From: Candidatus Iainarchaeum sp.
Lineage (GTDB): Archaea; Iainarchaeota; Iainarchaeia; Iainarchaeales; JAGVWC01
Direction of reading: 5' to 3'
Length of the DNA: 64,000 nt
NCBI GenBank assembly: GCA_018304465.1
Contig: JAGVWC010000010.1
Span: 160,001-224,000 of the forward strand
Shown here: piece after piece, positions 18,716 through 29,526 of the stretch
How positions within the stretch are numbered: the stretch's first letter is position 1
How the letters are laid out: each line of letters starts with the position of its first letter
Notes under the pieces: model-generated
Told to the model about the DNA's origin: nothing
Database searches by the model: none
What the model saw: only the letters and a program-made list of their open reading frames with translations
Translations under genes and position numbers: made by a program

Positions 18716-19441
18716 TTGCAGGGAATCGAATTACTGGTTCGCCATTCGTTTGCCCCTAACCGGTTGCATTATTGCGGAGACGACGATTATTCAAGCCGCA
18801 TCCAGCAGTTTATCCAAAGCCGCGATCCCACGCTTGGACAAACCCTCAAAAAAGAGTACACGACGTTTCGAGCCGCTTTCGGATACGTTAAAACCATTGC
18901 CGAATCGGTTCAAAAAAACCCGTTTGATTTCGAAGTCGCGGAAGCCTACTGGATCGGAAACGCGTTACTGGACCACGTTTCCTCCGACATCCTTTCGAAA
19001 TTGTTCTTAACCCGTTTTTCAGCGGGAGAATACCTGGGAAGCGAACTTGCCGCGGAAATGGCCGCCCAACTTCCAGCCAAAATCTATCCGCATCATTCGT
19101 TTCACGTGCTATACCTGCATTTTTTGAGCGGCAAAGTCCCCGTCACACTGCCCAACATCAACCATTGCCTGATTTTGCCCGCAAAAGTGCTGGATGTATC
19201 CCCCGGAAAACTGACGGTGGAAAAAAAGCCATTTGAAATTCATAACGGCGATTTTCGGATTGGAAAACCCGTTCACCAGGAAATAGACCGGTTTTTTTCC
19301 GATCCCATACAAACCGGGGATTGGGTTTCGGTCCACTGGAACACGTATTGCATGACGCTTACCCCCCTTCAAAAAGAAAACTTGGAAAAATACACCGCGG
19401 CCAATTTGGCTTTGCTTAACGCCGCTTCGATTTTTTCTTAA
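18716..19441 (+). CDS. DUF6390-family hydrogenase-associated protein
   Basis: PNRLHYCG, EAYWIGN.LL, PHHSFHV, GDWVSVHW. Confidence 0.75.
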   Translation: MQGIELLVRHSFAPNRLHYCGDDDYSSRIQQFIQSRDPTLGQTLKKEYTTFRAAFGYVKTIAESVQKNPFDFEVAEAYWIGNALLDHVSSDILSKLFLTRFSAGEYLGSELAAEMAAQLPAKIYPHHSFHVLYLHFLSGKVPVTLPNINHCLILPAKVLDVSPGKLTVEKKPFEIHNGDFRIGKPVHQEIDRFFSDPIQTGDWVSVHWNTYCMTLTPLQKENLEKYTAANLALLNAASIFS

Positions 19442-19640
19442 TTCGCCCCGACAAAATCGTCGCCATTTCTTTTGCCGCTTTTTCTTCCAATCGCTCGACC
19501 ACGCTGTTCTGCCACACCAGGACAAAATCGCCTTTCTTGGCTGCCACCGTGTTCAGTACTTTTCGACGCACCCGGCCGATTCGAACCACGGCAAAAACGT
19601 CGTCCAGTTCCTCGATTTTTCCCGGAATCCCAAGGCACAT
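19416..19640 (-). CDS. hypC: HypC/HybG hydrogenase maturation chaperone
   Basis: MCLGIPGKI N-terminus, GDFVLV. Confidence 0.85.
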   Translation of the reverse strand: MCLGIPGKIEELDDVFAVVRIGRVRRKVLNTVAAKKGDFVLVWQNSVVERLEEKAAKEMATILSGRIKKKSKRR

Positions 19641-19923
19641 GCACACACAACAACCACGATAGAGAATAAAAAATCGGCGCACCAAAGCGAAAAAAAGCGC
19701 ATAGGTTTAAAATGAGTTTTTATAATTCAATTATAGATTACGTTTTTTTCACCGAAGGAACCCAATATGCAGACCAAAAACACGAACCACAAAGTCGTTC
19801 ACTTGCGTCTCGAACCGTTTTTTTTTCAATTCACCAGTATCCCGGGGGAAATCACCAAACAAACGACCGTTGGCCAAAAAGCCGAACGAAACAAAACAAA
19901 CACAAAGGAGGAGGAAAAAACGA

Positions 19924-21546
19924 ATGAATCAAACTCATTTACCCACTAAAATCAATGTTCGGATCGCCATCCTGTTCATGGTGTTCATCACCATTGCCGG
20001 AGCCACCCACGCCGCCGGCACCTCGATGCAGATCACCACGTTCAACGAAGGAACTGAAGAAAACGGCTGGATCCAAATACAGGGACCGGCAGACGGCATT
20101 TCGGTCGACACACACCCAGCCCACGTCGACGACGGAAGCGGGATCAAACTGGCTTCAAGCAACGAAACCCCCACCCGCGCCGTCAAAACGCTTTCAACAC
20201 CGCTTGATTTAAGCAATTATCAGTCGCTTTATCTGGAATTCTACGCGGACAAAAACGAAAATCAGGTTCAAAAAGTCGGAGTCCAATTCGTCGACACCAT
20301 CCACGGACACGCTTTTTTCCACTGCGTTTACCTCACAAGCCCCGTTAATCCAGGAAACACGCGGATGAAGCAAACCGTCATGAAAGAAGACTGTTCAAGC
20401 ATCGTTCAAAACGGAGAAAGCCCCAACTGGAACAGCATCACCCAAATCCGTGTTCTTGCCACCGCGCGGCAAGGACAAAGCGTCCACGTGACATTCGATC
20501 GCTTGTCGGCTTACAAAAATCTCTTGACCCGCGGAAAAATCCTGCTGTCCTTTGACGACGGATACAAAAGCCATAACACCGCAGCACTACCCATCCTGAA
20601 CAAAAACAACCTGAAAGGAACCTCATACGTCATCATGCACGGATCCTCGTCGATTGGAACCGGAAAAAACTACATGACGACAGAACAAGTCCAGGAACTG
20701 TACGACGCGGGATGGGACATCGGAAGCCACGCGTCGCCGTCGCTTACCCGACTGGATCCGGATGCAGCCGCGGAACTGGTCAAAGAAACCGTCGAACGCA
20801 TTGACGCCAATGGTTGGACCCGCGCCTCAGAGCACTTTGCGTATCCGCGCGGAGAATACTCGCAAGACCTGATCGACCGGTTAAAACCCTATATCTCCAC
20901 AGGCAGAACCGTTGAAGACGATCCAAACCCGGCGTCGTTCCCAAACCCTTACGCGATCAACGCGTGGTCCATCGACTCCACCGACAGCGTGGACTCGCTC
21001 AAGCAATGGGTTGACCGCTGCGCCGCGAACAAAGACGCCTGTATCCTGACGTTTCACAACCTCGTGGACACACCGGGAAACATCAAGGAATACAACAAAG
21101 CGGATTTCGAAAAATTCGCGGAATACGTGGCGTTGCTGGACCAGGAAAACACGGCGGATATCGTAACGATCTCGCAATTATACCAAACCCACCACGCATT
21201 AACCACGGTGGACCCGACCGTCCAGTATGAAGGAAGCAAATGGGGAAAAGTCATGCGAAACAACGGCCGGCCCATGCGCGTCGAAAGCCGCGTATACCGG
21301 TTCAACCAAAACCGTATCATCCTCGCGAACTATGAAGCCGCCACGTTCAACGGAAACGTAACGTTATACCATTCCCGGTTCGACTGCGGAACGCTTCGGG
21401 AACTGCGATACACGAGCCAAACCGGAAAATACCAGAAAACCTACGGAGTAGGCGAGTTTTCGTGTAACGCGGAACAAGGCAAACTCGTATTTCAAGTGAA
21501 CGGAATTGAACCCGGCGAAAACAATCTGGTTTACCTGGTCCGGTAA
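19924..21546 (+). CDS. exported polysaccharide deacetylase (NodB/CE4) with N-terminal CBM-like domain
   Basis: Signal peptide, SFDDG, GWDIGSH, FAYPRG, ILTFH; GGAGGAGG RBS. Confidence 0.85.
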   Translation: MNQTHLPTKINVRIAILFMVFITIAGATHAAGTSMQITTFNEGTEENGWIQIQGPADGISVDTHPAHVDDGSGIKLASSNETPTRAVKTLSTPLDLSNYQSLYLEFYADKNENQVQKVGVQFVDTIHGHAFFHCVYLTSPVNPGNTRMKQTVMKEDCSSIVQNGESPNWNSITQIRVLATARQGQSVHVTFDRLSAYKNLLTRGKILLSFDDGYKSHNTAALPILNKNNLKGTSYVIMHGSSSIGTGKNYMTTEQVQELYDAGWDIGSHASPSLTRLDPDAAAELVKETVERIDANGWTRASEHFAYPRGEYSQDLIDRLKPYISTGRTVEDDPNPASFPNPYAINAWSIDSTDSVDSLKQWVDRCAANKDACILTFHNLVDTPGNIKEYNKADFEKFAEYVALLDQENTADIVTISQLYQTHHALTTVDPTVQYEGSKWGKVMRNNGRPMRVESRVYRFNQNRIILANYEAATFNGNVTLYHSRFDCGTLRELRYTSQTGKYQKTYGVGEFSCNAEQGKLVFQVNGIEPGENNLVYLVR

Positions 21547-21644
21547 CGGAAAAAAAACCCTTTCGGGGGAACTATTTCTTTTTTTAACGAAAGTCAAATC
21601 CGAGCATACCTATAAATTCGGATTTTCTCTTTTTTTTATCCGTT

Positions 21645-22660
21645 ATGATCGAATGGAAAGACGAAATCCAAAACGCGAATTGGATCAAACAGTTTTCCGG
21701 CCACTGGAGCATCCTGTCCTGCCATTATTTCACGGAAGCCTACGCCCTTGCTAACCTTCACCGCTTTGGCGTGAATATTCCGCGGTTTTTGTGCATGGTA
21801 AAACAAGGAAACGCCACGGGTTACATTGACAAAAACGATCTGGACTACTTTGGCCAGGCGCTTAGTCATCGCATCGAACACAACCCGCATGAATCCGAAG
21901 AATGGAGCAAAGAACTCCGGCAACACACCGACCAACTCAATTCTTTTTTTTCTCAATTCGAGACAAAAAAAATAACTCCCGCCGACTACTTTGAATTGTG
22001 GACCCGCGCCTACCCGTTCATAGCGTTAAATTCCGCCATCAAACGAACCCAAGACTACCTGCCGCAGCCCCTAAGCGAAAAAATACTGCCGTTTTTTTCC
22101 GAGACCCGAAAATATTCCCAAACGATTTACACCAACATCGAGTTTTTTCTGGAAAAATGGGCGCAGCAAGAAAGCAAACCCTCGCATTACCCGGCAGAAT
22201 TGCTTTTATGCATGTCCAAATTCGAAGCCGAAGAATACCTGCATCACCACGCCTTGCCCCAGCTACCGCTTTTAAAAGAACGCGCCAAAGCCTGCGCCGT
22301 ACTGTACACCAAACACGAACACACCGCCATCGAGTATCCCGAATTATGGGAAGTCGAAAAAAAACTGGCACCGCCGCATTTGGAAGAATCTTTTTCGGGC
22401 CAAATCGCCCAACCCGGAAAAGTCACGGGAAACGCAAAAATAAGCCTGGATCCCCACGCCAAAAACGATTTTTCAACCGGCGACATTCTCGTGACGCAAA
22501 TGACCCGTCCCGAATACATGCCTTTCATCCGAAAAGCAAGCGCCATTGTCACGGACGGGAACACGCGACCAGCACACTCAAAACAGGCGACCGGATCGAA
22601 GTGGACGCCGATGCCGGGATCATCCGACGACTGTCTGTTGACCGAACCAAAAAAAACTAG
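21645..22660 (+). pseudogene. PEP-utilizer mobile (phospho-His) domain protein with deletion/frameshift at the His loop
   Basis: GDILVTQMTRPEY..IRKASAIVTDG in one frame, ATSTLKTGDRIEVDADAG in another; the GG..SHAAI..RE segment is absent. Confidence 0.75.
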
Positions 22661-23406
22661 ATGCTCGTGCGGTCAAACAAGGTTCCCGCGATTCCGAACA
22701 TGATGACCAATCCCACCAAAAGCACCGCGAAATTCAACGCCAAGGAATTAACCCCGACCCCGATAATCAATCCCCTTAATGCGTCCACGGCATAACTCAC
22801 CGGATTAAACAAACTGAGGGTTTGAAGCCAACCCGGCATTTTATCCAGCGGAAACAAGGCATTGGAAAGAAAAAACAGGGGAAAAATAACCAGGTTCACG
22901 ATCAACTGGAACGTCTCGACTTCCGTAATCACGGACGCCAAACCGATTCCGATCGAAACAATCAACGCCGAAAAAACAATCATGACCAGCAACGCAAGAA
23001 AAATCTCGAACAAACCCGGAGACGCAAGCCCCAACAGCACCCCGATGATCAGAATCACGAACCCCTGCAACACCGAAGTCGTGGCGCCGCCCAACGCCCG
23101 GCCGATCACGATCGAAAAACGGCTGGTTGGAGCCACCAACAGTTCTTTCAGGTATCCCAATTCGCGATCCCAAATAATCGAAACCCCTGAAAAAACCGAA
23201 TTGAACAAAATCGTCATTCCGATGATTCCGGGAAGAATAAAAGACTGGTAATCAAACTCAGGAACCAACCCTCCGATTCCCGCGCCAAGCGCAAACAAGA
23301 AAAACAAGGGCATGGCGAGGCTTCCGATAATCCGCGACTTCGAATTCGTAAACCGCTTGGTTTCCCGCAACCACACCGCATAAATTTTTCCCGCTTCAAT
23401 GGCCAT
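22657..23406 (-). CDS. ABC-2 type permease (DrrB-like)
   Basis: PGIIGM, DRE.G.LKELLVAP, NPVSYAVDALR. Confidence 0.9.
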   Translation of the reverse strand: MAIEAGKIYAVWLRETKRFTNSKSRIIGSLAMPLFFLFALGAGIGGLVPEFDYQSFILPGIIGMTILFNSVFSGVSIIWDRELGYLKELLVAPTSRFSIVIGRALGGATTSVLQGFVILIIGVLLGLASPGLFEIFLALLVMIVFSALIVSIGIGLASVITEVETFQLIVNLVIFPLFFLSNALFPLDKMPGWLQTLSLFNPVSYAVDALRGLIIGVGVNSLALNFAVLLVGLVIMFGIAGTLFDRTSI

Positions 23407-24379
23407 GGTTCATCCTCCGCTGAAATTCATTCGGCCCGGGTCGCTCGTCCCGAATCTGCTCGCCTGTTAGTTTCAAGAAAACATCTTCAAGACTCGGCGT
23501 GTGAAGCTCGATGTTTTCGATCACGACCCCGCTTTTTTCGGCCAAAGAAACGACTTTGGCAATCAACGTGCTTCCGTTTTGGACTTCGACCAAAACCGCA
23601 CGGTCCAAAATCCTTCCGTGCGAGCCGATTTTTTGTTTTTCAAGAATCGAAAGCATTTTTTTCGAATCCGAAGTCTTAAGCGAAAGCACCTGGCCGCCGA
23701 TAAGGGATTTAAGTTTTTGCGGAGTATCCAACGCCACGATTTTTCCACGGTCGATAATCGCGATCCGGTCACATAACGCGTCCGCTTCTTCCAGATAATG
23801 GGTCGACAACACGATCGTGATCCGCTGTTCCCGCAGCTTTTCGATGTATTTCCACATGTGCCGCCGGGTCTGGGCGTCAAGACCCAACGTGGGTTCGTCC
23901 AAAAAAAGAATCTGCGGCTGATGCATCAATCCCCGCGCGATTTCAAGTCTTCGCCGCATTCCCCCTGAAAACGTCTTCACCAATTTTTGTTCCCAGTCCG
24001 CCAACTCCACCAACTGCAAGACTTCCTTTATTTTTTGTTTTCGATCTCCGGACGACATGCCGTACAACCGGCCGTGAATGTCCAGATTATCATACGCCGT
24101 CAAGCGGTTATCCAATGTCTGGTCCTGAAAAACAATCCCGATGCTTTTACGCACTTTTTCCGAGTCCGTGATAATGTCAAACCCGTTAATAATCGCGGTT
24201 CCCGACGTCGGCGGAAGAATCGTCGTCAACATGAAATCCGTCGTGCTTTTTCCAGCGCCGTTAGGACCAAGAAAACCGAATAATTCCCCTTTTTTAACCG
24301 AAAAATTAATGTGATCCACGGCCGTGAAATTCCCGAATTTTTTGGTCAAATCCTTGACCACAATCGCGTCATCCGTCAC
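23396..24379 (-). CDS. ABC-2 ATP-binding protein (DrrA-like)
   Basis: GPNGAGKS, FSGGMRRR, LDEPTLGLD, PSLEDVF. Confidence 0.93.
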   Translation of the reverse strand: MTDDAIVVKDLTKKFGNFTAVDHINFSVKKGELFGFLGPNGAGKSTTDFMLTTILPPTSGTAIINGFDIITDSEKVRKSIGIVFQDQTLDNRLTAYDNLDIHGRLYGMSSGDRKQKIKEVLQLVELADWEQKLVKTFSGGMRRRLEIARGLMHQPQILFLDEPTLGLDAQTRRHMWKYIEKLREQRITIVLSTHYLEEADALCDRIAIIDRGKIVALDTPQKLKSLIGGQVLSLKTSDSKKMLSILEKQKIGSHGRILDRAVLVEVQNGSTLIAKVVSLAEKSGVVIENIELHTPSLEDVFLKLTGEQIRDERPGPNEFQRRMNHGH

Positions 24380-24893
24380 GATTTTCCCTTCCGTTTTTTT
24401 CTTTTTTTTCCTGTAACGCCATTCGAATGTTGTCCCCGATAAACGGGTTTCGCGACATGTAAAGCGCCATTTCTTCCAATAAAGACGCCAACTGTTCCGT
24501 TTTTTCTTCCCCCAATTTTCCGAGGCTTACCACCAGCAAATCCTTCGCATCCACAAACGGAATTTTCTTGTTCAGTCTTTTGCCTTTCGGAGTCAAGGAC
24601 AACGGAGCTCTTCGACGATCCGATGGATCCGCGTTCCGCTTCACCAAACCGCTTTTCTCAAGCGAATCCACCACTGGAATGAGAGTGGCAGACGCAAGCA
24701 TCAAATGATGCCCCAGATCCGACAAGGTCATTTGATGATGCGAAAGAATCTGCACCACCACGGCGCCAAGCGGAGTAACGCCCAGTTTTCCGTCGTTTAA
24801 GCGCTTTTCAAAATCCCTGCGGGCCAGTTTGATTAAAACCGCCGAAAGCGCTTTGATGCGATACGCCTGATCCTCAAACGAACTGGAAGCCAT
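24369..24893 (-). CDS. MarR family transcriptional regulator
   Basis: VDSLEKSGLVKR..DPSDRR...LSLTPKG. Confidence 0.88.
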   Translation of the reverse strand: MASSSFEDQAYRIKALSAVLIKLARRDFEKRLNDGKLGVTPLGAVVVQILSHHQMTLSDLGHHLMLASATLIPVVDSLEKSGLVKRNADPSDRRRAPLSLTPKGKRLNKKIPFVDAKDLLVVSLGKLGEEKTEQLASLLEEMALYMSRNPFIGDNIRMALQEKKEKNGRENRDG

Positions 24894-24965
24894 ACAAATC
24901 AAATGATTAGGATACTAATCATTAGGCACCAAACACTATTAAAATCCCTCTTCGAAACGAAAAAA

Positions 24966-25535
24966 CTATTCAAAAACTTCTTTTTTCAGAATAATTTTGT
25001 TAGTCAAGCCGTATTTGTGTTTTTCGAGCACACCTTTCGCTGCCAACTTGTTCACCGTACGATGAATTTGAACCTTAGATAACCCAGTATCCTTCGCCAG
25101 ACGCGATTGGGTTGATTCAAACCCGGATTGCTTTAGCGTCTGGATAACAGACCGTTCATCCGGAAGTAGAAGATTATCGGTTGTTTCTTCCCTAATTTTT
25201 TTGATTTCTTTTTCCCTTGTGATTTTCCAAATCGTCAAACCCGCGGCAAACGCAACAATTCCTCCGATTAACTGGAAAAGGGGAGAAGGAGAAAAGATTT
25301 CAACATCCAGATCACGCGGCGGTCTAAAGCCCGCGGAAATTCCGATTTGAATCAGCCGGTTCGCGTCACTGTTCAGGTCACGAACAAACATCGTTGGCCG
25401 AAAATCGGAACGCCAAACCGAACGAGAAACATGATCCGCGAACAAAAATAAGGAATATCCTGAAAAAAGAAAACACGCCAGCATAACCAGTACATACGTT
25501 TTCTGCCAAGACCAGAGCGTTTTCGGCACAGTCAT
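24966..25535 (-). CDS. membrane-bound wHTH regulator (COG2512/DUF7343-like)
   Basis: Two TM helices, then L.PDE..VI..L...TQSRL...TGLSKVQIHR...L..KG...K.KYG.TNKI. Confidence 0.8.
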   Translation of the reverse strand: MTVPKTLWSWQKTYVLVMLACFLFSGYSLFLFADHVSRSVWRSDFRPTMFVRDLNSDANRLIQIGISAGFRPPRDLDVEIFSPSPLFQLIGGIVAFAAGLTIWKITREKEIKKIREETTDNLLLPDERSVIQTLKQSGFESTQSRLAKDTGLSKVQIHRTVNKLAAKGVLEKHKYGLTNKIILKKEVFE

Positions 25536-25626
25536 ATTACAATTAGTTTCATGAACATAATAAAAAGGTTTCAAGTCGTTTCAAACAGAGTTAATAATGG
25601 TTTCATCGCATTCTTTTCGAAACCAA

Positions 25627-26352
25627 ATGGACACCGAAAATATGACCCGCTGTATCTTGCAACTTGAAAAAGTATCTAAAACATACCAAATGGACGAAGT
25701 CCAAGTCCAAGCCCTAAAAAAAATAGATTTAACTGTCAACGAAGGAGAGTTCGTCGCGATTATCGGCGCGTCCGGATCCGGAAAATCCACTTTACTCAAC
25801 ATGATCGGAATACTCGATTCCCCGACCTCAGGAACGATCCGAATCGACGGAAGAGATATTACTCATTTGGACGAATCTCATGTCGCCCGCATCCGAGGAA
25901 AAAAAATTGGATTCGTATTCCAGGCATTCAACTTGTCTCCCACCCTTAACGTATTCGAAAACATCGCGCTTCCGATGCGCATACACGAGTTTTCCGAACA
26001 AGACATTCGCCAAAAAGTAAACCAATTGATTCAACTCGTCGGATTGGATTCGCGAAAAAACCATCTCCCCACCCAATTGTCCGGCGGAGAACGCCAACGC
26101 GTCGCCATTGCCCGTGCATTGTCCACGGAACCAGCACTTGTTTTAGCGGACGAACCCACAGGAAACCTAGACACCAAAACAAGCAAGGAAATCATCGCAT
26201 TATTTGAAACCTTAAACCAAAGCCAAGGAAAAACAATCGTTCTTGTAACTCATGAACCCAACATTGCCCAACACTGCCACCGCATCGTGACCGTCAGGGA
26301 CGGAACAATTATTTCAGACAAAACCAATCGACAAAGGAGGAAAACAAAATGA
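25627..26352 (+). CDS. ABC transporter ATP-binding protein (LolD-type)
   Basis: GASGSGKS, LSGGERQR, ADEPTGNLD. Confidence 0.93.
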   Translation: MDTENMTRCILQLEKVSKTYQMDEVQVQALKKIDLTVNEGEFVAIIGASGSGKSTLLNMIGILDSPTSGTIRIDGRDITHLDESHVARIRGKKIGFVFQAFNLSPTLNVFENIALPMRIHEFSEQDIRQKVNQLIQLVGLDSRKNHLPTQLSGGERQRVAIARALSTEPALVLADEPTGNLDTKTSKEIIALFETLNQSQGKTIVLVTHEPNIAQHCHRIVTVRDGTIISDKTNRQRRKTK

Positions 26353-27818
26353 ATCAAACAAAACTATTCCTGGTCCTGGGAACACTGTACCTGCTTGTAG
26401 CCGTGTTTCCAACCGTCATCGCACAAAGCACCGCGCGAGACGTCGTTTACCTGGGCAACGTGACCGGAACAAGTTTTCTTCCGTCCACGATTTACGCAGG
26501 GGACATTGTCAGCATCGCCGTCAACATCCAAAACCGCGGACTTGTCGTTTCAATCCGAGATCTAAACGCAAGCATCGGAATCGGAAACCAATTCGAGCCC
26601 ATTCAACTCGTTGACACGGCCCAAGAAATCCAACCGCAAGCCACTCAAACCGTGGTATTCAAATTCCGAGTCAAACCCGAGACTGTTCCCGGATACTACC
26701 CTATTCAACTCAATCTCGCTTACCATCGAAACGACCAAAGCGATCAAACCACGACTCAAACCCAAACACTCCAAGTTCCGGTTTCAAAAACCGGAAAAAA
26801 CATCGAAATTAGCGTGCAACCCAGCGTCATAAACCCCGCAAGCCAAACCCAACTCAATTTTTACATCAAAAATGCCGGAAGCACACCCATTTCAAATATT
26901 TCCCTTGCATGGACCGAAGCAAACAGTTTGATTCTACCCATCGGAACGGACAATATCAAATACCTCGAGATGCTAGACAGCCAAGCAACCGAAACGATTT
27001 CATTCCTGGTGACCGCCGACCCCAACATCACCACCGGCGTCTACCCGCTTGAAATCACGCTCACCTACACTGACACCAATGGAACCAAAACCCAAACATC
27101 CCAAGTAGGCATTATCATCGGAGGCGGAACCGACTTCGAAGTCAGTGCCGACACACTCTCCAGCGGAACGCTTTCAGTAAGCGTCGCCAATATCGGAAGC
27201 AATAATGCCAGCGCCGTGGTCGTCAAAATTCCGCATCAACCCAATATTTTCGTAAGCGGAAGCAATACTTCAATCCTCGGAAACCTCAACAAAGGAGACT
27301 ACACCATCGCGAATTTTACGGTTTCCACCACCGGACTCGATCAAAACCGGGCCAGTAGCAGAGTCCAAACAAGCGGCCAACCCATCATCCGAACGGGACA
27401 AACGAATTCCGTGGAACCAACTCGTGTCCGAGATTTGAACGCAAACCAAAGGCAAATCATAATCCAAATCGATTACACCGACACGACAGGCACCCGCCAA
27501 ACCGTTGAAAAAACCGTGCTTTTGTTCCAAACAACGACCAGTGGAACCGGCGACATCCAAATCCAACGTCAAAACCCCCTTGGACTGATATCATGGGCGA
27601 TAGCGATTATTTTGGCCGGCGGCACCTTGGTGTTCTGGAGATTTAAAGCATCCCAAATCCCCTTCCAAAAACTCATTGTCCCGCTCGGCATCATCACCCT
27701 CATGTTTTTGGTCATCATCTTCGGGTTTAACGCCAGCGTGGAATACAGTATCGGAGCCGGAGCAGTTTCCCTTGCCGGACTCGCCTGGTTCTTTAACAAA
27801 AACCGGGGAAAACCATGA
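26349..27818 (+). CDS. COG1361-type S-layer-domain protein
   Basis: Signal peptide, Ig-like repeats, ILGNLNKGDYT, C-terminal TMs; between ATPase and permease. Confidence 0.8.
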   Translation: MNQTKLFLVLGTLYLLVAVFPTVIAQSTARDVVYLGNVTGTSFLPSTIYAGDIVSIAVNIQNRGLVVSIRDLNASIGIGNQFEPIQLVDTAQEIQPQATQTVVFKFRVKPETVPGYYPIQLNLAYHRNDQSDQTTTQTQTLQVPVSKTGKNIEISVQPSVINPASQTQLNFYIKNAGSTPISNISLAWTEANSLILPIGTDNIKYLEMLDSQATETISFLVTADPNITTGVYPLEITLTYTDTNGTKTQTSQVGIIIGGGTDFEVSADTLSSGTLSVSVANIGSNNASAVVVKIPHQPNIFVSGSNTSILGNLNKGDYTIANFTVSTTGLDQNRASSRVQTSGQPIIRTGQTNSVEPTRVRDLNANQRQIIIQIDYTDTTGTRQTVEKTVLLFQTTTSGTGDIQIQRQNPLGLISWAIAIILAGGTLVFWRFKASQIPFQKLIVPLGIITLMFLVIIFGFNASVEYSIGAGAVSLAGLAWFFNKNRGKP

Positions 27819-29113
27819 AACTGCGAGACTCTTTCAAGCTTTCGGTCAACAGCATTCTGCATCGAAAACTCAGATCCTGGCTCACGTTGCTCGGGATCAT
27901 CATCGGAGTCGCGGCCGTGGTTTCGATTGTTTCAATTGGAGACGGCGCTCAAGCCCAAGTCAATGAACGACTCTCCGGATTCGGCGCTGACATTCTGACG
28001 GTAAGCGCAGGATCCACCCGAACCCAAGGATTCGGAGGAATTGTCCGCGGCGGAGGACCTGGAAGTGGAGGCGAAATCATCATCCGATCGAGAACGGAGA
28101 CCGGAAGCCAAACCGAAAAGGAACCAGTTCTTACCCTTGTTGATGTTCGAATGCTCCGGGGAAATTCCAACGTTCTTGCCGTCAACCCGATTGTTTCCGG
28201 CCGAGAAGAACTCGCTTTCCTAGCCGAAAAAACAAACACCAGCATCCAAGGCGTTAACCCCAACGCGTGGAAAACCACCTCCAATATTGAACTTGCTTCC
28301 GGACGGCTACTTACTTCAAGCGATTCGAGCGCGATCGTTATCAGCGACCGACTCGCAAATTCCACTTTCAAACAACCGTTAACGCTCGGACGCACCGTGA
28401 CCATCAACGAAAAATCGTTCACGATCGTGGGAATACTCAAAGCCACCAGCAGCGGAAGCGCATTCGGAGGCAGCGGAGACTCGACCGCATACATGAATTA
28501 CACCAGCGCATGGGACGTTACCGATGTCAACCGGGATACGTTTTCCTCCATCCAAGTAAAAGTATCCGATCCAAACCAAATCGATCAAATTGTCGCTGAA
28601 CTCACTCAAACCCTCCAGTTATCCCGCAAAGTCACGGAGCGAAACCAAGATTTTAGCATCACCTCCGCCAAAGCGATCCAAGAACAAATCTCAAGCGTTA
28701 CCCAAACCCTAACATTATTTCTGGGCGCGATTGCCATGGTTTCTTTATTAGTTGGCGCGATTGGAATCGCCAACAGTATGTTCACGTCCGTACTCGAAAA
28801 AACCAGGGAAATCGGGATCATGAAAGCACTGGGCGCCACCAACAATGAAATCTTACGCCTGTTTTTAATCGAGTCAGGATTATTCGGCTTCGTTGGCGGT
28901 ACCATCGGCGCCATCGTGGGGACAATCGTTTCGCTTGGATTCAATATGCTTGGCGCACGATTACTTGGGATGGGAACCACGGTCACAATGATCACGCCGC
29001 AATTAATCTTTGCAGCAATTGTGTTATCCACTTTCATCGGAGTCGTTTCCGGCCTCATGCCTGCGCGAGCGGCTTCAAAATTAAGACCGATCGAAGCACT
29101 TCGATACGAATAA
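27815..29113 (+). CDS. ABC transporter permease (MacB/FtsX family)
   Basis: RSWLTLLGIIIG, GIANSMFTSVLEKTREIG, RPIEALRYE. Confidence 0.93.
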   Translation: MKLRDSFKLSVNSILHRKLRSWLTLLGIIIGVAAVVSIVSIGDGAQAQVNERLSGFGADILTVSAGSTRTQGFGGIVRGGGPGSGGEIIIRSRTETGSQTEKEPVLTLVDVRMLRGNSNVLAVNPIVSGREELAFLAEKTNTSIQGVNPNAWKTTSNIELASGRLLTSSDSSAIVISDRLANSTFKQPLTLGRTVTINEKSFTIVGILKATSSGSAFGGSGDSTAYMNYTSAWDVTDVNRDTFSSIQVKVSDPNQIDQIVAELTQTLQLSRKVTERNQDFSITSAKAIQEQISSVTQTLTLFLGAIAMVSLLVGAIGIANSMFTSVLEKTREIGIMKALGATNNEILRLFLIESGLFGFVGGTIGAIVGTIVSLGFNMLGARLLGMGTTVTMITPQLIFAAIVLSTFIGVVSGLMPARAASKLRPIEALRYE

Positions 29114-29175
29114 ATCGAAGCGACCGGTAAACCAATAGCTTTATATTCGGTTAAACGTTATTATTTTCGATTAAA

Positions 29176-29526
29176 ATGGGCCGAAGAACACTTGCAGTCG
29201 GGAAACAAATCAGTCGACGCGTACCGTTTGGAAGAGCGCCGGCAACACCAAAGCCTTCAAAAGGAAAACTAATTTCAGAAAACAGCGGGGTAAAAACCAA
29301 TATCCCGTCCCAAGTGACCAGGGAAATCAACGCATTGTATGCCAGTTCCGGAAAATGGTCCCATCCGGCGTCAATTGTCGCGGACCGACTCATTGCGATC
29401 TGCGTCACTCACGGCGTTCCGCTTGAAACAATCAAAACGCATTTTCTCCGGCGCGTCAGCGATGCCGCGGTCCTCACTGCGCTCACCAAAAGAATCCAAG
29501 CGCTTGAACGAACCAAAAAGAAATGA
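29176..29526 (+). CDS. hypothetical basic protein
   Basis: TTTATA about 30 nt upstream; Arg/Lys-rich termini. Confidence 0.55.
   Translation: MGRRTLAVGKQISRRVPFGRAPATPKPSKGKLISENSGVKTNIPSQVTREINALYASSGKWSHPASIVADRLIAICVTHGVPLETIKTHFLRRVSDAAVLTALTKRIQALERTKKK

Noticed and set aside
19767-19949. 60-aa ORF upstream of the polysaccharide deacetylase
   Set aside because: No recognisable motif and it overlaps the RBS/start of the downstream gene; insufficient support.
1-29113. Two ATPase-COG1361-permease operons as a novel system
   Set aside because: A common archaeal arrangement; the copies are old paralogs without unusual features.
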